Positions 36,603 through 50,929 are shown, numbered from the whole stretch's first letter. The stretch: DNA of 58,535 nt, filler included, from Squatina squatina (GCA_031763465.1; 4 parts of 4 records of this genome joined end to end with filler, not necessarily neighbours in it), one strand, 5' to 3'. Made by a program: numbers and translations. The notes: generated by a model not told the origin, from the sequence alone.

Positions 36603-39070
36603 CTGCAACACAAAAATTACTAAGAAATAATACTTCCTTTCATCTGTAAAATTACTGGTTATATTGTTATTACTTACAATTAATTGTTAACCTATAGATT
36701 GTCCATTTTATATTGGTTTCTGAAAATCATCTAAAGAATGATAAAGCACGGATTGAAATGAGCAGTATTAAGTGCCTTCCTAGCTGAGAATAAACAGGAC
36801 AAAATGTCCTTAATTTAAAATAAATTTTATAACACAGGATTGTCTTTCATAGAAACAAGTGTTTAACCATAGCAGCTTGCAAGTTGCAGTATCTGTCTTT
36901 TACAAGTAATGCTCAAATCGCAACATCTCACCAACAACAAAGGGAATGAGCAGCAGACAACAGTATAGATAGTATACTTGCTCAGTTTTCATATAAACTG
37001 AGATTTACACCAATATTATTCCACAATATTAATGAATATCAAAGGCAAAGATCACAAAGGTTGTACAAATGTCCGCAATGAAAGCTAGCAGAATGTGCTG
37101 AAAAACTTGTTCTTTGGAACAACAAAGTACATTTTATCTCNNNNNNNNNNNNNNNNNNNNNNNNNNNNNNNNNNNNNNNNNNNNNNNNNNNNNNNNNNNN
37201 NNNNNNNNNNNNNNNNNNNNNNNNNNNNNNNNNNNNNNNNNNNNNNNNNNNNNNNNNNNNNNNNNNNNNNNNNNNNNNNNNNNNNNNNNNNNNNNNNNNN
37301 NNNNNNNNNNNNNNNNNNNNNNNNNNNNNNNNNNNNNNNNNNNNNNNNNNNNNNNNNNNNNNNNCCCCAATATGACTGTGGATGGGATGCTAGACAATTA
37401 AAATCTCCAAGACTGAGATTGATAGAATTAATTTCCAGAGGAAGCCTTACCAGGCCACCCATGTCTGGAAGCAGCTTGTCTCAGCACAAGATTTAAACTG
37501 AACTAAAAACTACTTCAAGACCAGCCAGACCACACCCTGTACACTCTGTGCAGGTTAGTTGCTGCATTAATTCTTCTGACTGCTGGTGCAACTGTACGTA
37601 TTTTTGGAGCTTTCCTATACTTGGCTAAAGTTTGAATAATCTAGAGGGAGGATAGCCTGGTGGGGCAATCTCTGGGAATTAAACATGTCTGGGAGAATGA
37701 GGAGAGGCCATGCATAGCAGGAGAAGCGGTTAGAAGAGGGAGGAGGAGGAGGGGTAAAAGGGCAGGTGGCCATATTGGCTGAGGATCTTCAGGGACCAAT
37801 TCTCTAACCTCAACTTCAGCGAGGACCCAATGCATGAGATGTTTTCACTTCACTAAAGAGGTGATGACTGAAATCTACCAACTGCTGCAGCCCCAACTGC
37901 AACCTAAAAGCAGGAGGACAGTGTTCCCTGTGGCTGTCGAGGTTGAATAGCTGCCAGTGCGTGTGATCTGTGAGCTGTGAGTGTGATGTTTGCATCAGTG
38001 CTAAGTGTCTGAGGGTGAGGAAAAGCATATGAATTATAGGATGCATTGTTGTCCGTTTGTTCAGTACTCCTCTTAGTTATCCAAAGTCCTCTCCATATAG
38101 CTGGAATGCTTCTGAACTGGGTTTAATGCCTCAGCCTGCAATTGTTTCAGTGTTACTATTTCCTCCTTTTGAGGACTGAGGTGAAGAAAATCTTGCAGAG
38201 AAAAGCAGCGACATCATAAGCAATCCTTCCATTTGATACGGAGCCTCCTCCCTTATAGCTTTGCAGCATGTTTGATAAAATAGTACAGTATGAAAGTGAG
38301 TTGAAAGAACCTGCAGAGAATTACAGCCACTTGGCTGCATAGCAACAGGGGACACATGTTTGAGGTATAATAGAAAATATTTATACAACACAAGCTCCTT
38401 TTGAACAATTTCATTGAAGTCTTTAAACCAACCCACATCACTTTTGAAAAATATATTCATAACAGCTTCAAACTCAGGAATATCAAAACGTTTCATTGGT
38501 CTGTGAACATTTATAACCCTTTTAGATATGCAATGCTTTAATACCCTAGATACACTGGACTTTCAATGCAACACTTAGCGATAAGCATCCTCCCTTCTCC
38601 ACCATATAGCTTTAAACATAATTATGAGTCAAATGCAGCACTGCTGCTATGAAATGTTGCGCAGTGTAGATAAGCCCAGCACTTGCCTCTTGTAGAACTT
38701 TAAGGTTAACCCGGGCAAACTAAGATAATGCCACAAATACAAGAGCATTTTTTACATCTCTGATGAAGATCGTAATGCTACACAAAATTAAAGGAAATAA
38801 TAATGATACACCAGATATTTTATTTAGAATAATTATCTTAAAAGTGACAAGCTGGTTGTATTATATACCAAAAGACCCAAAGCTAGATTAGTGCTTAGCA
38901 TTACAAAACTGATTGAGGATGTCAATAGAAAACCTCAGCTTTTACATTTTGGAAGGTTACATTTTTCTTTTTTCAGGATTTATGAGAACTGTCTCACTGC
39001 TAAATATTTTCACATCAGCATTCAGCACAATGTTTAAATCAACGAAGGCTTTTACATAATGAAGCAAAGA

Positions 39071-39249
39071 GGGTAATTTGAATTTAGGACGATAGTGTAA
39101 AATGGGCGACATCGGATCAGCCACCCATTATATACCTCTGCCGACTTTCCTTTCCATTGAATTCAATGGAAACAAAAATCAGGACCGCTCTGGAATGGGT
39201 AGCCGATCAGATATCGCCACTTTATACTATACTAAAGTTAAAATTACCC
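39071..39249. mobile_element. Palindromic MITE, same family as 33117-33301
   Basis: Arms gggtaatttgaattt...atagtgtaaaatgggcgacatcggatcagccacccatt fold onto aatgggtagccgatcagatatcgccactttatactat...aaattaccc. Central perfect palindrome ttccattgaattcaatggaa. Confidence 0.85.
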
Positions 39250-40571
39250 ACCGAGTTTCGAAAGTTTTCCGTAGAAAAAAACTTAGCAAAACCTTAAGTT
39301 CATTTCTGACACCGTATTAAAATGATAACAATTATTCATCCATATTTTCATCAAAGAGCAATGATTGGTAACATTTAAGATACTTGCGTGTGCACACAGA
39401 TTTGAAACTAAATGGGGTGATCTGATGTGTGTATTACTAGCTGCCACCACTAAATTCATTTCAGTTGAACTTAATGTAACTTGTTTGTTGCACACAGACA
39501 TCCATACATAATGAAGGTCAAAGACCATCATGCTCAGGCTGAAGATACTTGCCCAGAAAACATGTAGGCCTGAATTTGCACATTGTAGATCGTGTGGGTT
39601 TGGGGGCAGGTCGGCGGTTAAAAACGCAGAAATTGACAGCACGTCGGGAACCCGCTGACTTCGCATTTAACTCAGGCGCGTTTTGAGGCATGTCACAGAC
39701 CTGCTCNNNNNNNNNNNNNNNNNNNNNNNNNNNNNNNNNNNNNNNNNNNNNNNNNNNNNNNNNNNNNNNNNNNNNNNNNNNNNNNNNNNNNNNNNNNNNN
39801 NNNNNNCTCAAATTTAAATTTCTCAACCTTGTGTTTAAATTCCTTCATGGCTTTGCCACTCCCAATCTTTTGTAACCTTTTCCATTCGACCAACTCTGAG
39901 AAATTTGCGTTCTTCCAATTTATGGCCACTTGTGCATCCTCTTTCCTTGTCGTCTGTGCCTCAAGTCGTCTAGGCCCGACACTCTGGAGTTCCCTCTCTG
40001 TCCCTCTCTGCCTCGCCACCTACCTCTCATCCTTTGAGCTCCCTCCTTATATCTTCTTCTTTAGCTTGTCGTCTAGTTTTTGTCTGGTAACGCTCCTGAC
40101 GTTAAAGGTGCCAAATAAATGCAACTTGTTGTTGTCGTCTTACATACATAAGTAAATGGTTCATTGCCTGAATCAGCTGCCAGCTTGGTTGAGCGTTAGT
40201 ACTCTCACCTTTGAGTCAGAAGATTATGGGGTTCAGTCCCTCTATGCATGTGACCCCGTAATCTAGTACTGAAAGAGCACTGCATTGTGTTGTCTTTCTG
40301 ATGAAATGGTCAGATGGACAGGAAACATCCCATAGCAGGGCTTGGAAAAAAAAGAACAGACAGCTCAGCTGGTGAGCTCAGCAACATACCTTTCTCACCT
40401 TACTGTGTGCAAACTGTGGCCTAGGATTTTGATGGTGCCATGTTCACTTTTAAGGCACAGCACAGGTGCCTAAGCATCTAATATGGTGGACATTACGCGC
40501 CGGAAGTAATGCCTGCCATTTTGGTAAAGGCAGAAGAAGAGGCATCCAGGGCTCTCACATGAAACAGAAGT

Positions 40572-40909
40572 CTTCTTTTTAGGCAGTCCCTCGGGGTCGA
40601 GGATGACTTGCTTCCACTCCAGTATTGCGGGTTCTGAGGTGACTAATTATTCCTATACGGGATGCACAAACTCTGCCACAGGTGGGGCAGGCGGTGTTTG
40701 ATGGGGCGAGTGGGTGGGAAGTTCGCATTGTCGCACGCTCCGTCCGCTGCTTGGGCTTGGCCTCCACGTGCTCCCATTGAAGGAGCTCGAACTGATCGGC
40801 GCCTTCGCGGATGTTTCTCCTCCAGTTCGGGCGGTTTTGGGCCAGGGATTCACATGAATTGGTGGGGATGTTACATTTTTTCAGGGAGGCTTTGAGGACA
40901 TCATTGAAG
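40572..40909 (-). mobile_element. RTE-clade LINE 3' end
   Basis: FNDVLKASLKKCNIP..ESLAQNRPNWR...CPTCGRVCASRIGIISHLRT (RTE C-terminal zinc-finger-like motif), then a stop and a short AAG-like tail. Confidence 0.88.
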
Positions 40910-41361
40910 NNNNNNNNNNNNNNNNNNNNNNNNNNNNNNNNNNNNNNNNNNNNNNNNNNNNNNNNNNNNNNNNNNNNNNNNNNNNNNNNNNNNNNNNNNN
41001 NNNNNNNNNTTTTATCTTTGGGAATTCTTTCTATGGGAGTTACCTTCACTGGCAAATGGATTATTACTCCTCTCTAAAAAGGTACCCGCAGGTCATCTCA
41101 TTTGAAGCTTGAATGTGCAAGTTTGTATTCGTCCACACAAAGAAGTAAGATGTTTTCACAACACAAGATGAATCAGAGCAAGCACAGTAACATGAAACGC
41201 AAGGCTACCCTTCATTCTGGCACTTATGCTTCGAACTGGCAACTGAAAGACTTTGCAAAGACTAACACAGTTTCACTGCTACATCCAAGAACAATCACAT
41301 GGATATGAATTTATTCCATCATTGCAGCCTCGACATGCAGCCGTGCTGAAGATGGCCCTAC

Positions 41362-41403
41362 CTTTGCTCTTTTTCTCTGCTGCCCTTGGTTTACCGTTCG
41401 TTT
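41362..41403 (-). CDS. ARPP21: ARPP21 42-bp exon
   Basis: Acceptor catttgctgcacAG and donor GTAGGG. Translates KRTVNQGQQRKRAK (14 aa, phase 0-0), equivalent to human RRLEAQNQERRKSK. Confidence 0.82.
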
Positions 41404-41987
41404 CTGTGCAGCAAATGACAAACAATTGTCACTCATTGGTCAAAGGTGACAAAAAATTTAGAAAGGTCATGGTTTTAATGATATGATTTTTGTTTCAATG
41501 AAATGTTGTAGTATAGCTTCATCGATTATGATAAAATTTGCAACCTGCTCTACAGAATGAAGTTAATACAGCATAGTCATGTTCGTTAATTTCTGATTAA
41601 AGAAACATAATTTGAGGATAACTGTGGAATCTTATTCTGTATTTTCACACAGTTCCAAAAAGGTGTTAATCCAAATTATACTTACTATTGGAATTTCTTT
41701 TTGCTAGCATCAAAAGCCAAGTATTTTTCTTATCAAATGCGAGCATCAAAGTTACAATTTTTAGAAGTGTGGTTTTCATTAAAATACAACAATGCAAACA
41801 AAAACACTGTATAATGAAAATAAAAGCCTGTGCCTTACTTGTACGAGCAGGTCAAATTGATATTTTAGTAGAACAGATGAAGCATACACAAAGACATAAT
41901 GAAATGATCCTGTATTATTTAGAGCACATTAATCAACAGAATTAGCAGTCGGACATACAGGCTCTCATATCCCATGGGCCACCTCAC

Positions 41988-42164
41988 CTGATGGTCAGCC
42001 TTTGTGTCATTTGCGTTATCCTCTTTTTCCTTCTCTTTCTCCTCTACCTCCAAGCTTTCAGTTCGAATGATGCACGTCTCTGGAGAGGGTGGAGAAATCT
42101 GAGTCTCTTGCTCATTTCCAGCTTCCTCCACTGTCTCTTGGTTCAATATGCCTTCCTCAGACAT
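41988..42164 (-). CDS. ARPP21: ARPP21 first coding exon (exon starts at 42204, ATG at 42164)
   Basis: MSEEGILNQETVEEAGNEQET...IIRTESLEVEEK compared with human MSEQGDLNQAIAEEGGTEQET...IVKSESLDEEEK. Donor GTGAGG, acceptor ttttgaccccatAG 40 nt upstream of the ATG. Confidence 0.92.
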
Positions 42165-43447
42165 TCTCACAGAAAAGAATTACACAAGTAGAAGATGCAG
42201 TGACCTATGGGGTCAAAACATCAAAAAAGAGTATTTTATTCCCAGAATGAGTCTCCTCATTTCCTTTTGACATTTATTCTGCAGAAAATTATTATAGTTG
42301 CCCATTTGAAACAAAATCCATGTTGTATACACAGCACAATATAAATTCAACACATCACCATAGTGATGCATTAATTTTGACCTTGATGTGTAATTTTAAC
42401 TGTAGAATGTCAAGTACTTTTGCATAAGATGGATTGAGATGCAGCAGGTTTCTACCACTCGTAAAAATAGAGGCTTGTGTGTTGTCCAAACATTTTGTGT
42501 TGGTGACAAGAGTGGCTTTCATTGCTTTGAAGATTGATCTATCTGACAAGTGAGGCAAGATTTTAAACTTAACCTGATCTGATGGACTGCTGAAATATTT
42601 CTTACCTTTAATGACAGAAAGTCAACATGCAAGATGTTTTCTGTGCCTTTTTAGGGGGAATGAGTGTTGATTTTCCTTGCCAGTGCACATAAACTTATGC
42701 CTCCAGTGTCACTTTTAGCTCTTCGATTTTGAAATAAGTTGTAGTATTTCATGTTGCTTGGTTCTGTATACTTCAGAGCTTGTCGCTCAATATTAATGAA
42801 TCAAATGCTTCTGGAGGGAAAGAAATAACACTTGAATNNNNNNNNNNNNNNNNNNNNNNNNNNNNNNNNNNNNNNNNNNNNNNNNNNNNNNNNNNNNNNN
42901 NNNNNNNNNNNNNNNNNNNNNNNNNNNNNNNNNNNNNCAAGATGATATTGTAAAAAAAAGAGATTTGGCTAAATGGTGAGACTTAATAGGTATAAACACA
43001 TACGCGTGCTAACATACAGATTCCATCATCATCCTAAAGGTTTATTTTTCACAAGTGACATTTTACAATAGTGAAAATTGACATATGTAAAGGAATAAAA
43101 GTCAATTTATTCACAAAAGATTAAAATATGACTAACCTGTGACTAAATTTCTTACAACCCTTCCCAGAGATCACTGCTTTTCTCTCATATCTCAAGCTCT
43201 GCAAACCATACCTCTTTTTGCGATTATAGGTTGGTGAATCTGTACAATTTAAGCACCATCCATGATATATATTGGTGAAATTTAGACAATAGTAAAGTGT
43301 GGTGCGATTTAATAATGCAAATTCAAATGTGCCTTTAAATTTCTCTGCTTTCCTTCACCAAATTAAAATAAAAAGTAACCCATTAGCAATCCCCACTTCA
43401 GTAAAGTTAGTCAGATTTTACATTCACATTTTGGAAAAGAAAATTAC

Positions 43448-43618
43448 CTTCAGTACACGGTTTCTGTGTTGATTTGTTGATGCTTTCTATCTGATGCTGT
43501 TCACTGTTGAAATCAACACGACTGATCATTGACAAAGTGAGTCCCATGTCCTCATCAACAGTCCAAAATGACAACCTCCATGCTGTTCCCAAAGAGGATT
43601 TGATGGACCATCATCAAC
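43448..43618 (-). other. Candidate non-coding 5' UTR exon of ARPP21 (171 bp)
   Basis: Strong acceptor ttttcgtcatttctttcAG and donor AAG|GTAATT, upstream of the first coding exon on the same strand. Supported by splice signals only. Confidence 0.5.
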
Positions 43619-43782
43619 CTGAAAGAAATGACGAAAATACAAGGGTTAAGGAAAAGTCTTGAGCAGAGGCAGATTTCCTGCACTAATGACCTGCTTGAAG
43701 CAAATCTGCTTCACAGTTTGAATTAGCTCCACCTGTCTCAAACCGCTTGCTGCTTCTCTAATAAAGGCAAGAAACGGCTGTT

Positions 43783-43882
43783 NNNNNNNNNNNNNNNNNN
43801 NNNNNNNNNNNNNNNNNNNNNNNNNNTTAATTAATTAANNNNNNNNNNNNNNNNNNNNNNNNNNNNNNNNNNNNNNNNNNNN
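43783..43882. other. Artificial scaffold-joining linker
   Basis: 44 N + TTAATTAATTAA + 44 N. Confidence 0.97.
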
Positions 43883-46800
43883 CTCCAGCCTTTGAAGAAA
43901 GTACAGACACCAACAGGATGTTTGTCATTTGTAACTTTAAAACTAGGTCTTTTTTTTCTTGTATTTGCTTTCAGGACATGGTCAGTGTTGGCAAGGTCAT
44001 GTTTAATGCCAATCCCTATTTGCCCTAATAAAATGGTGGGTCTTCTTGAACTGCTGAAATCCTTGTGATCGTGCTCCCGTAATGGGAATTGGAGGATATT
44101 CAGCCAGCTTACAAGGCCAGTATATGTCCAAGTCAGGATGGTGTGTGATTTGGAAGGAAATTTGGAAGTGATGATGTTCACAGAACATTACTGCTCTTGT
44201 CCTTCTTGGCAGTAGAGGTCGTGGGCAAGGAAGTGCTGTCCAAGTAACATTGGCAAGTTGCTGCAGTGTATAGTGTGCCATTGATAGGCAAGATAGTTAT
44301 TGAGTCCAGTGGCATGGGCACCAATCAAATGGACTGATCTGTCCTGGATGGAGTTAAGCCTTTTCAGTATTGTTGTAGCTTCACCTGTCCAGATGAATTA
44401 TGACTATTCCATCACACTCCTATTCAAGCCTTACAGATGGTGAAGAGACTTTGAGGGGTCAGAAGGTGAGTCAATAGTCACAAAGCACCCAGCCACTACC
44501 CTTCTCATGTAGTAATGGTATTGATATGACTGGTCAGGAATGGTCAGTATGGCTCAGGTGATTATTGAATATTATCACATGTAGTTGGATATAATGAAAT
44601 GCAGTTACACATATAATTTACAAAACAACAAGTTATTATGGATGCAGAGCTCCCACACTGAGAGCCAACAATATAAATAACATAGTTCCAGTCAACCACA
44701 GGCACAGGTTTGTGTACAAAACCAGGATTACTGTAACAGGTCTCTGTATAAACAAAACACAGGGTTTCCATCCAATGCTTCTCAACAGGAAAAAAAAAGC
44801 AAACACATCAGCTGCACATTGCTTTGAACTCCTTCTAACTCTGGTTACCAGACCATAATTCTCCAGATACACACAGCTGCTCTATTGCTGATCAGAGTGC
44901 AGGACTTTAACACACACTTAACAGATCCTTATAGTGGGAACTGCAGGCTCTCCAGTGCATCACTGACTTTAGCTGTTCATCTTGTCTGGCCAAGGGTGCT
45001 GGCTACACCGTGGGCTGAATGCAAAGAGAAGGGATAGAGAGCAGAAAGAACAAACTCCAAGATTATGAGAAACACATTGGTTTCTGAGTTTATAATCTGA
45101 AGCGTTGCTTGATTCAGAGAATCAAGATGATGAGCCTACGGCAAAGGGTATTCTTGGATCAACAGTAGATTCACTATTGCAGCACATAGATACCATAACC
45201 TCCAGCATAATAATACTAATTATTTGTGGCTTCNNNNNNNNNNNNNNNNNNNNNNNNNNNNNNNNNNNNNNNNNNNNNNNNNNNNNNNNNNNNNNNNNNN
45301 NNNNNNNNNNNNNNNNNNNNNNNNNNNNNNNNNAGACAGTATCCCCAAGACGTTAGGTTGATATTTTTCAACATAAAAAAAAATGAAAATGTCAGCTGCT
45401 GTTTCTTCCACGTGAAGATCGATACTCCATTACTGAATGTCTAGACTAATCTTTATAGGGCAAAAATGTAGTGAATTAGCCAAAGAGTGTACCATCTGAA
45501 GATCAGACGAGTACAGAGAGAGAAACGGCATTTATGAGAAGCTTATTTAGGAAACACTAGGCAAGCAGACACAACAGAAACAGCCATGCAGACTGTGGTC
45601 CTGATCCATGCAACTTGAAGTTCCTCCTCCAATGTAAATTCTGTGTTTTTCTCTCCAGTTTGTTGGGGGGTGGGGCGGGGGAGAAAGGCAATGTTTCTTT
45701 CTCCACCCTAAATTTGGTTGTGTTGACATAGTAACAATATATACTAAATTCTTCACCAACTATACTGAAAGACAGAGCAAGGGGAAACAGCTGAGCTGAC
45801 TCAGGTCAAGAGGCCCACGGTATTCAAGGAAACTAAGTTGGTCAGGTTCAACTATTTGCAGAGTTCTAACAAATGCAGCAGATGTCATAAAAGGTCATAT
45901 CTTTGGGGATGTATAATTATTATACTGAAACCTGCCTGGAAGAGGTACATTCTTCCTAGATGTCACCTTTCTGATTGACCCATAACTCCTACCCAAATTT
46001 CCTAGCCCACCGGAAAATCCTGGTTTCCGCCATGATACAGAAGGTCAAAGCTAGTAGCTGCAACNNNNNNNNNNNNNNNNNNNNNNNNNNNNNNNNNNNN
46101 NNNNNNNNNNNNNNNNNNNNNNNNNNNNNNNNNNNNNNNNNNNNNNNNNNNNNNNNNNNNNNNNTACACATTCTTGCTGACCTAAGCATATATCTCATGG
46201 TGTTATGTTCCTCTTACCCACAACATAATCTTTAAGTGTTCTCAGGTGTTTCCATTCTAACGGAAACGAGCCAACACAAAGCATTTGTTCAATTTCCTCT
46301 GACGCCCGCACCTGCTGCTGATTAGCTGCTATCTCTTTCATCGCAACAGAAGTTCTCATCTTCCTGCTGTGCTGATTGAAGGAGATGTATTCTGTTCTAA
46401 TTTCCAATGATTATCCCCCAGAGTCTTTCTGAAGCTGATTCACTCTCGACTTTTCTCAATGTCAGATCAACTTTCTCATGCCATTACCTGGAACTCAGAC
46501 TATAAGGCCCTAAAGATTATACATTTCAAATACTTGGGTTGAAACCTTAGATATGCCTCATCGTGAATACCAGTCATGCATGATCTTGTAAGCACAGCGT
46601 TTCTTCAAAAGGTCTTCCAAAATTATATCTTTTCCTTAGCAATTATTACAACTTGTAGCTTTATTACGCAAGTCTCTTCTGCTTTATTTGAATAATGACA
46701 AACTTCAGCCGTTAGATCTGAAGATTGCTTCCTACTAAACTCCTTTTTTTTTCATTCCCTTTTCAGGAGAGACAAAGAACAAAAGAAAAAAAAAATTGAA

Positions 46801-49284
46801 ATTATTAAGGGCTTGCATGTATATAGATAGTGCTTTATGTATCTCAGAAATATTTGAATAGTATCCCCATGATACAAAAACTTGCATTTATATAACACCT
46901 TTAATGTAGTAAAACATCCCAAGGCATTCCACAGGAGCGTTATCAGACAAAACTTNNNNNNNNNNNNNNNNNNNNNNNNNNNNNNNNNNNNNNNNNNNNN
47001 NNNNNNNNNNNNNNNNNNNNNNNNNNNNNNNNNNNNNNNNNNNNNNNNNNNNNNNGATTGTGCAAAGATCTCCCTGCCCCCTTCCCAAAGGTCAATCTAG
47101 TGAAACTTCCCAGCATAACCCGCTAACCTTACATGTACATAATTCATCCCTGACCATTTGCTTCCCTTTGCCATGACATTTCCCAAATCCCAACAGCTCA
47201 GGAGCCATCGTGTTCCACACAGAACTCAATTATCCCTATCTGTTATTTATCTTTATAACCCTCAATTCCATTCCTAACCAGATATTCACCCAGCTCGTCT
47301 TGTCAAAAGACATTAATCAACAGAGCATTAACTACTTTAGCTGGGAACCCGTTGCACATATCTCAGCCAGGGTGCGTGACACAGGAGGACCAAGAAAGGG
47401 GAGAGAATCTCACCCTCAGAGGAACCAAAGAGTGGGAGAGAAAAAAAACTTTTAAGCTTGAAGAATATTTCAAATTCCAGCACTCTGATCTTAAACAAGC
47501 ATTGTTGCCATACTGGAGGCAGGCTAAAATCTTGGAACAGCTTTACCAAACGCTCCAAAATCGTCGAACACACACAAAAATAAAATAATTGCAATACAGA
47601 AATCCAAAGCAAACCTACTCCACAATAAACTTTGTGAGCTGAGCTTTGGAAGCTGGCTGTTCCAGAATCTCAGCCTTCCTAGCAATTGTTTGAAAGTAGT
47701 GGAGAATGCCCCTTAACCTGCCATTTGTGCCCTTCTGTGCATCATTTTAGAGAAACTTTTGCATAAGTAGCACTAATTTTGGCACGTATTAGTGCACAAT
47801 GGGATTTAACATGGCTTTGAATAATGACACTTCCACCCTTGGAAAGAGAGCCAAGAATAAAGGAAAACTGGACATCAGTCGACAATCCCCTTTGAAGGAA
47901 GAGAACATTCAGATTCTTTGCCAATCCCCATCTGTGATCCTCAATTAACTCATTTTCCCCTATATTGATATTCATTACAAATCACTCCTTTTGTAGGATT
48001 ATTGCCCCCTAATCAAATCAAAGATATACTGCAATATTAATGTTTTCAGCTGATCAAAACTCATTTTAACCACATTAGTAGATTTGCCTGAGCCACTCCT
48101 ATTCATCTCCTAATTTTCCCAGTTTTATTCTCATCTCAAACAGGCCCCCCTCCTACACACAGGCAGAAAACCAAATCTATACAGATTGCGAGTGTTATAT
48201 ATTGAAAAGCATAACAGTGGACTCAGTAACACTCATCACCCAGCAGTACCTGAAACACTCTTCAACCACTGTTATTTTATATATTACATAGAATTTTACG
48301 GCAAAGAAACAGGCCATTTGGTCCAACAGGTCTATGCCGGTGTTTATGCTTTACACGGGCCAGGTGCAGCCTGTATTATATATAGGTGGAGCTTACACTG
48401 GGAAGTTTCATTTGATTTCTGGTGCAATCACTTTTTGCCAGCAGCCAGCGGGGTGGCACAGCAACAAACCGCAATAGTACCAGGTTGAGATCATTTTATT
48501 GCAGGATTTGGTGTACATACACCAAACTAACACTCTATTTTAAAAATTGGGTGGTACACAGTGCGAGGCCAGATTGGCACATTACATACAGAAATTCAGC
48601 AGAACGGGTATGGTGTGCTCGGCTCATTCCGCTGCCAAGGTGCATTAATAAGGTAGCACAAGGTTACAAATCGAAACTTCAAAACCGCGGCTGCAGTTAT
48701 TCCAATTGCTGTCAAATCTTCCCTGTAATATAAACAGGGTGATTCCCACAGCACTGACAACCAGAGGCACTGTNNNNNNNNNNNNNNNNNNNNNNNNNNN
48801 NNNNNNNNNNNNNNNNNNNNNNNNNNNNNNNNNNNNNNNNNNNNNNNNNNNNNNNNNNNNNNNNNNNNNNNNNNNNNNNNNNNNNNNNNNNNNNNNNNNN
48901 NNNNNNNNNNNNNNNNNNNNNNNNNNNNNNNNNNNNNNNNNNNNNNNNNNNNNNNNNNNNNNNNNNNNNNNNNNNNNNNNNNNNNNNNNNNNNNNNNNNN
49001 NNNNNNNNNNNNNNNNNNNNNNNNNNNNNNNNNNNNNNNNNNNNNNNNNNNNNNNNNNNNNNNNNNNNNNNNNNNNNNNNNNNNNNNNNNNNNNNNNNNN
49101 NNNNNNNNNNNNNNNNNNNNNNNNNNNNNNNNNNNNNNNNNNNNNNNNNNNNNNNNNNNNNNNNNNNNNNNNNNNNNNNNNNNNNNNNNNNNNNNNNNNN
49201 NNNNNNNNNNNNNNNNNNNNNNNNNNNNNNNNNNNNNNNNNNNNNNNNNNNNNNNNNNNNNNNNNNNNNNNNNNNNNNNNNNNN

Positions 49285-49665
49285 TAAGTTGAGGGGACCG
49301 AATGGAACGCTGATTTGCTGTTGATACAAAGCTAGGTGAGAAGGACGCAAAGAGGCTGCAAATGGGATATAGACCAGTTAAGTGATTGGGCAAGAAGGTG
49401 GCAGATGGAATATAATGTGGAAAAGGGTGAACTCAACCACTTCGGTAGGGAGAATGGAAAAGCAGAATTTTTTTGTTTTATAAAGTTGAGATACAATTAA
49501 TTGTTAGCATGCAAAGGGATTTGGAGGTTGTTGTACATGAATTACAGAAAGTTAGCATGCAGGTACAGCCAGCAATTAGGAAGACAAATAGTATGTCAGC
49601 CTTTATTGCAAGGAGATTGGAGTGGATGAGTAAGGAAGACTTGCTGCAATTTTATGTGCTTTGGG
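49285..49665 (+). mobile_element. CR1 LINE RT fragment
   Basis: tttgctgttgatacaaagctaggtg...gggatatagaccagttaagtgattgggcaaga closely resembles the 4100-4270 copy. Also QRDLEVVVHELQKVSMQVQPAIRKTN. Confidence 0.88.
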
Positions 49666-50929
49666 GGTAAAGGCCACATTCTAACAGCCTTTCTGAGGAC
49701 CAAGAAGGTAAGTTAATGTAACTTTTGACTGTTTCCTTGTGGGTCAGGAGGAGCAGGACGTGCTTCTCTGGGCCCACGAGGAAACCGCAGGCCTACCAAG
49801 TCTCAGGTTTCCCTCCTCCTTCCTCGACCTTATTCATATCTGCCCCCCCACCCCCCTCCAAGCACTCACCCGACTGTCAGGGTCAATTTCTACGGGTCTC
49901 CGGAGGTGGCCTCCAACCCTGCTCACTTTACTCCCGCCTGCCAGCCTCCACGTCATTCATTCACACCAGGTTCGGGCAGGAGTCAGGCCCGATGAGGCCC
50001 GGGAGTTAAAATAGCCTGGGCCTCATGTCGGCAAGCCGGGGCGAACCTGTCACTCACTTCACTGGCCCCACGCTAACCTCTCGCCCAAACTTAAAATCGG
50101 GCTCATGCGTTTCCACCCTATTTAATGTAATAACTTTTAGGGAAAAGAAAATAATCTGAACCTTTCATCTCACAGTGTAGCTATGTATAACAAGAGCAAC
50201 ATTTTTTAGCTCCCACTAAACAGAGAATGAACTTCTCAGATTAATATGATCTAAGGTTTGAAAACTGCTCTCAGATTTCAGCTATTTACAAGGTTACTGC
50301 AGTGGGCAAATGTTTACATGGGAGTGTACAGAATTCAGATTAACCACTTACACATGCACAGCGTCTATAATGGGAAACATCTTTTGTTCTGCACCAAGAA
50401 CGTCAGCACTCAAGGTTGAACTGGATAATAATCCAAAACAGGCTACACGATAATTTTGCTTGAGTAAATGTCCAACAGTTGTTGTAAAGTGCTCAGGAAA
50501 CACTCAAATAGTTATTTAAAAAATCCAAGAGATTTAATTCCTGAGTTGCTGTACCAAATGCAATATTGCTGTGTACAATGTGCAGTACCGCTCTGTGTTT
50601 CCTCTAGTACCTTACTTATCCCATTCTTACAGTCAAAAAAATGTCAAGCAGTAAAGCCCCATTCTCACATTACAAGTCAAGTCAGATTTCGAACAGAGCT
50701 GATCTGAATTTACTTAATTCCTTTTGAAGGGAGTTTTAACTGGTTCCACGGAGGGCTGCCTCCACCAACATTTTTTGGTTAAATAACTGAATATTTAGGT
50801 AATAAGAAACGAGAAGACACACGTGTACCAGCAGGGATGCTTTATCATGAAGGCAAAATCAACTGATTAAAAACAGTATGCGATTATGGTTAGAAAAAAC
50901 AAACTAGTTCTTAAATAGGAGGCACGCCC

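Noticed and set aside
38156-38191. Possible alternative terminal exon of the short ARPP-21 isoform (IFFTSVLKRRK-stop)
   Set aside because: Only a weak AAG acceptor and no recognisable homology. The preceding PKA-site exon is missing, so it cannot be tested.
48596-49393. Long ORFs of 193-265 aa in the ORF track
   Set aside because: They consist almost entirely of X residues translated from a 511-N gap.
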